Shown here: positions 61,351 through 64,000 of the stretch, in pieces | How positions within the stretch are numbered: the first letter of the stretch is position 1 | Layout: each line of letters begins with the position of its first letter | Assembly (NCBI GenBank): GCA_963729715.1 | Contig: CAVSPA010000014.1 | Span: forward strand, 1 to 64,000 | Direction of reading: 5' to 3' | Source: an uncultured delta proteobacterium | GTDB taxonomy: Bacteria; Desulfobacterota; Syntrophia; Syntrophales; UBA2185 | DNA: 64,000 bases | The notes under the pieces: model-generated | Database searches by the model: none | What the model was told of the DNA's origin: nothing | The model's input: the letters and a program-made list of their open reading frames with translations, nothing else | Translations under genes and position numbers: made by a program

Positions 61351-63714
61351 TCAAGCCCTGCCTGTGATTGCTGCGGGTGCATCTTCATTCAAGTTATTTA
61401 GTACCGGAGCAACGCGCTCCTCCACCAGCGCCTCTATTTCATCGGTGTCCTCCATAGACAACGCTTCTTCCAAAACCTCTTTCGCATCTGCGAGTCTCAC
61501 TTGTCTCATGAGGTACTTGATGATCGGCACTGAGGGTGCATTCATACTTAGCTGATCGATACCCATCGCTAAGTAAAGATAAGCGCATTTCGGATTTGCC
61601 GCCGCTTCACCGCAAATGACCATCGGCTTATCATTTTTTCTGCACGCGGAAGCAATGTCCATGATGGTGGAAATCACGGCGGGATGCAGCGGATTATATA
61701 TGGGGGCAACTTTTTGATTATTTCTGTCCACGGCAAGAACAAACTGAGTGAGATCGTTGGTGCCGACGCTGACGAAATCCACGTATCTGAGCAGCTTTTC
61801 CAGAATGACCGCGGCTGCCGGCACTTCAAGGAGTAGACCTACACTTATTCCGTCATTAAAGGGTATGTCCTTTCCCCGCAAGCGCAACTTCTCCTCGTCC
61901 AAGATCGACAGAGTGTCCCTTATTTCTCTCACTGAGGAGATCATGGGAAACAGGATTTTTAGATTACCGAATGCTGATGCCCGCAAGACAGCGCGTATCT
62001 GTTCCCTGAAGACATCCCTGAGCTCAAGAGACACGCGGATAGACCTCCAGCCCAAGAAAGGATTATCCTCCTTGGGATAGTCCAGATAGGACAGGAATTT
62101 ATCGCCTCCCACATCGAGGGTGCGGATGGTAACGTCCTTCCCGTCAGCTGCTGCAAGCACGCGCCGGTAAAGGTCCACCTGCTCGTTTTCCGAGGGAAAG
62201 CGTTCCCTCACAAGAAAGGGGAACTCAGTTCTGTACAGGCCGATATGGTCTGCACCGTATTTGTCCACAAGTTCAAAGTCGGAAAGAAGACTGATATTAG
62301 CGCCGAGCCTGACTTCAAAACCATCCGGCGTCTGTGCTTTCACCATCCTTATGGCTTCCAGCCTTCCATACTGCCTTGCCTTTTCGTCTTCGAGCCGCTG
62401 ATATTCCCGTATGATCATTTCCGACGGCTCGTGATAGATGACGCCCGACCTGCCGTCAATAATCAACAAATCATGCTCCTGTATTTCCTTTAAGAGCGCC
62501 CTCGAGACAATGACCATCGGTATCTCGAAGGACCTGGCAAGAATTGCAGCGTGGGATGCCGCACCGCCTTGAGACACGATGATGCCTTTCAGGTTCCCCT
62601 GCCGGAGATTGATCAATTCGGCGGGGGATATGCTCGATGCGATGACGATTGTCTTTTCTGCAAATATCTTCGGGTCTTCATCTTCGAAGCCAAGAAGATT
62701 TTGCAATATCCTTTTCCCCACGTTTTCAATATCATACCCTCTCTCCCGGAGGTAGGGGTCCTCTATCTTAGAAAACTGCCTCACGTAGTCCAGGATGACT
62801 TCCTTCAGTGCAAACTCAGCTGCATTCCTCTCCCTGATCTTGGCGATGATCTTGTTTCTTAGGCCGCGGTCATGGAGATACTTGAGATATGTGCGCAGGA
62901 TGTCTTCATCCCCCGGGGAAACTTCGGATCTCACATCGCCGCACAAGCGCTCGACCTGCGCTTCGGAGCGTTTGAGGGCATTTTCGAACCTGGTGATCTC
63001 ATGGTCGACATCGCGCGCCTCATGAAAATACACATCAGAAAATCCGATTGACTCCCGGAGATAGTGGGTGCGCCCTTCCCCGACGCCTGCGGATACAGGC
63101 ACGCCCCGCAACAGATCCCTTTTAGTAATGCGTTCTGCCTCTCTCTGCTGATCCGGGCCTGCGTCTGTCTCCGCGGGCGCAGGCTCGGTCTTTTTCTTCA
63201 TATCCCTCAAGAGATTGGCATAAGCCGCCACGCCCGCTATCTGAGACGCGACTGTGGAAAATATGACGATGTCGGATTCATCTATGCCTGCTTCATCGAC
63301 GGTTTGAATAACCAGGACTCCCAGTGCCTCGCCGTGATAAATAAGGGGAAGGCCCAAATAACTATTATACTTCTCTTCGCCGCTTCCTTCGAAATACTTG
63401 TATCTTGGATGGCTTGCGGGATCTTTCACGAAAAGAGCTCTCATCCGCTTGAGAACAAGGCCCGTCAGGCCCTCATCGATGCTCATATATATCTTGCCGA
63501 CCATGGCCGGGCTCAAACCGACGGTAGCCGCCAAAGACAGGCGATTCTTTGCTGCGTCAAATATATAGATGGAACTGACATCAACATCGAATTTATCGGC
63601 AATAAGTTTGACTATCTCGCGAAGTGAATCCGCCGGGTCGCTTGAATTGCTGATGATTCTACCCACATCTTCGATGATGGATATGTCTCTTTGTGCGAAT
63701 GCGCGTCCTGCCAT
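61351..63714 (-). CDS. ptsP: PEP-protein phosphotransferase with N-terminal GAF (Enzyme I-Ntr)
   Basis: N-terminal GAF (EGLTGLV...HPRYKYF), phospho-His ASHAAILARS, GLYRTEF, RTLDVGGDK, EDNPFLGWRSIR, SVGTNDLTQF, ICGE. Confidence 0.95.
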   Translation of the reverse strand: MAGRAFAQRDISIIEDVGRIISNSSDPADSLREIVKLIADKFDVDVSSIYIFDAAKNRLSLAATVGLSPAMVGKIYMSIDEGLTGLVLKRMRALFVKDPASHPRYKYFEGSGEEKYNSYLGLPLIYHGEALGVLVIQTVDEAGIDESDIVIFSTVASQIAGVAAYANLLRDMKKKTEPAPAETDAGPDQQREAERITKRDLLRGVPVSAGVGEGRTHYLRESIGFSDVYFHEARDVDHEITRFENALKRSEAQVERLCGDVRSEVSPGDEDILRTYLKYLHDRGLRNKIIAKIRERNAAEFALKEVILDYVRQFSKIEDPYLRERGYDIENVGKRILQNLLGFEDEDPKIFAEKTIVIASSISPAELINLRQGNLKGIIVSQGGAASHAAILARSFEIPMVIVSRALLKEIQEHDLLIIDGRSGVIYHEPSEMIIREYQRLEDEKARQYGRLEAIRMVKAQTPDGFEVRLGANISLLSDFELVDKYGADHIGLYRTEFPFLVRERFPSENEQVDLYRRVLAAADGKDVTIRTLDVGGDKFLSYLDYPKEDNPFLGWRSIRVSLELRDVFREQIRAVLRASAFGNLKILFPMISSVREIRDTLSILDEEKLRLRGKDIPFNDGISVGLLLEVPAAAVILEKLLRYVDFVSVGTNDLTQFVLAVDRNNQKVAPIYNPLHPAVISTIMDIASACRKNDKPMVICGEAAANPKCAYLYLAMGIDQLSMNAPSVPIIKYLMRQVRLADAKEVLEEALSMEDTDEIEALVEERVAPVLNNLNEDAPAAITGRA

Positions 63715-63825
63715 GCTTCAGATATCCTCAACCGGGTCGCAAAACCCCTGTATTCTTTACAGCGGAAGCTATCATGAATTCTTGTATCTAACAATCACTT
63801 TTGAATTGGAAGCCAACTATTAAAG

Positions 63826-63949
63826 TGTCATATCGACCCCCTCGGTTTACTCGGGGTAAACTCCGGAAGATGTCTTTCAATTTTACTCCCTACTAGTATT
63901 TCTCGCACCCCTTCGCGATGCTCAGGGCTTCAGGCTCACCGAAATGACA
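63826..63949. repeat. REP/MITE-like palindromic element
   Basis: Terminal inverted repeats TGTCATATCG...CGAAATGACA with internal hairpins (GTTTACTCGGGGTAAAC; CCCTTCG...CTCAGGG). Confidence 0.6.
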
Positions 63950-64000
63950 ATAGTTCACGGAAATTCCCGAACTGCTGCGGGGCTTGCGCAACGCCATGCG

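Noticed and set aside
6761..64000. Selenoproteins (in-frame UGA plus SECIS) or tRNA-Sec, given selB
   Set aside because: The TGA-ending genes I inspected end at their expected family C-termini, and no tRNA cloverleaf was recognised. A tRNAscan/bSECISearch run would be decisive.

Overview
The window has two unrelated parts joined at about nt 6761. Nt 1-6760 is GC-rich and looks alphaproteobacterial (Hyphomicrobiales-like). It carries the 5' part of an arylsulfatase, a PAS/HWE histidine kinase, a TPR-repeat protein, a REP-like palindrome, a 5'-truncated IS110 element with a long structured right end, and an Omp25/Omp31-type porin. Several of these genes are broken by single-base deletions, as in unpolished long-read sequence. 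Nt 6761-64000 is clean, lower-GC, deltaproteobacterial-type (Syntrophales-like, inferred) core chromosome. It contains: a flagellar-type regulatory cluster (FleR/FleS-like pair, TPR protein, FleQ/NtrC-like activator, sigma54 and sigma28 promoters, DVU0524-like protein, HD-GYP protein, MotE-like-SPOR fusion); bactofilin, ctpA, a YibQ-like deacetylase and a TPR/LolB-like pair; tol-pal; epmB-efp-epmA; a baeRF-family protein; a CDF transporter; yhaM; selB; ruvX-mltG; the dcw cluster from mraZ to ftsZ (no ddl); two radical SAM genes; xth; a DUF484-like protein; and ptsP. No rRNA, tRNA or CRISPR array was seen. The strongest leads are the junction that cuts two genes at once, the structured IS110 right end (candidate bridge/seek-type RNA region), the readable flagellar promoter cascade, the MotE-SPOR fusion and a terminator-like hairpin just upstream of selB.
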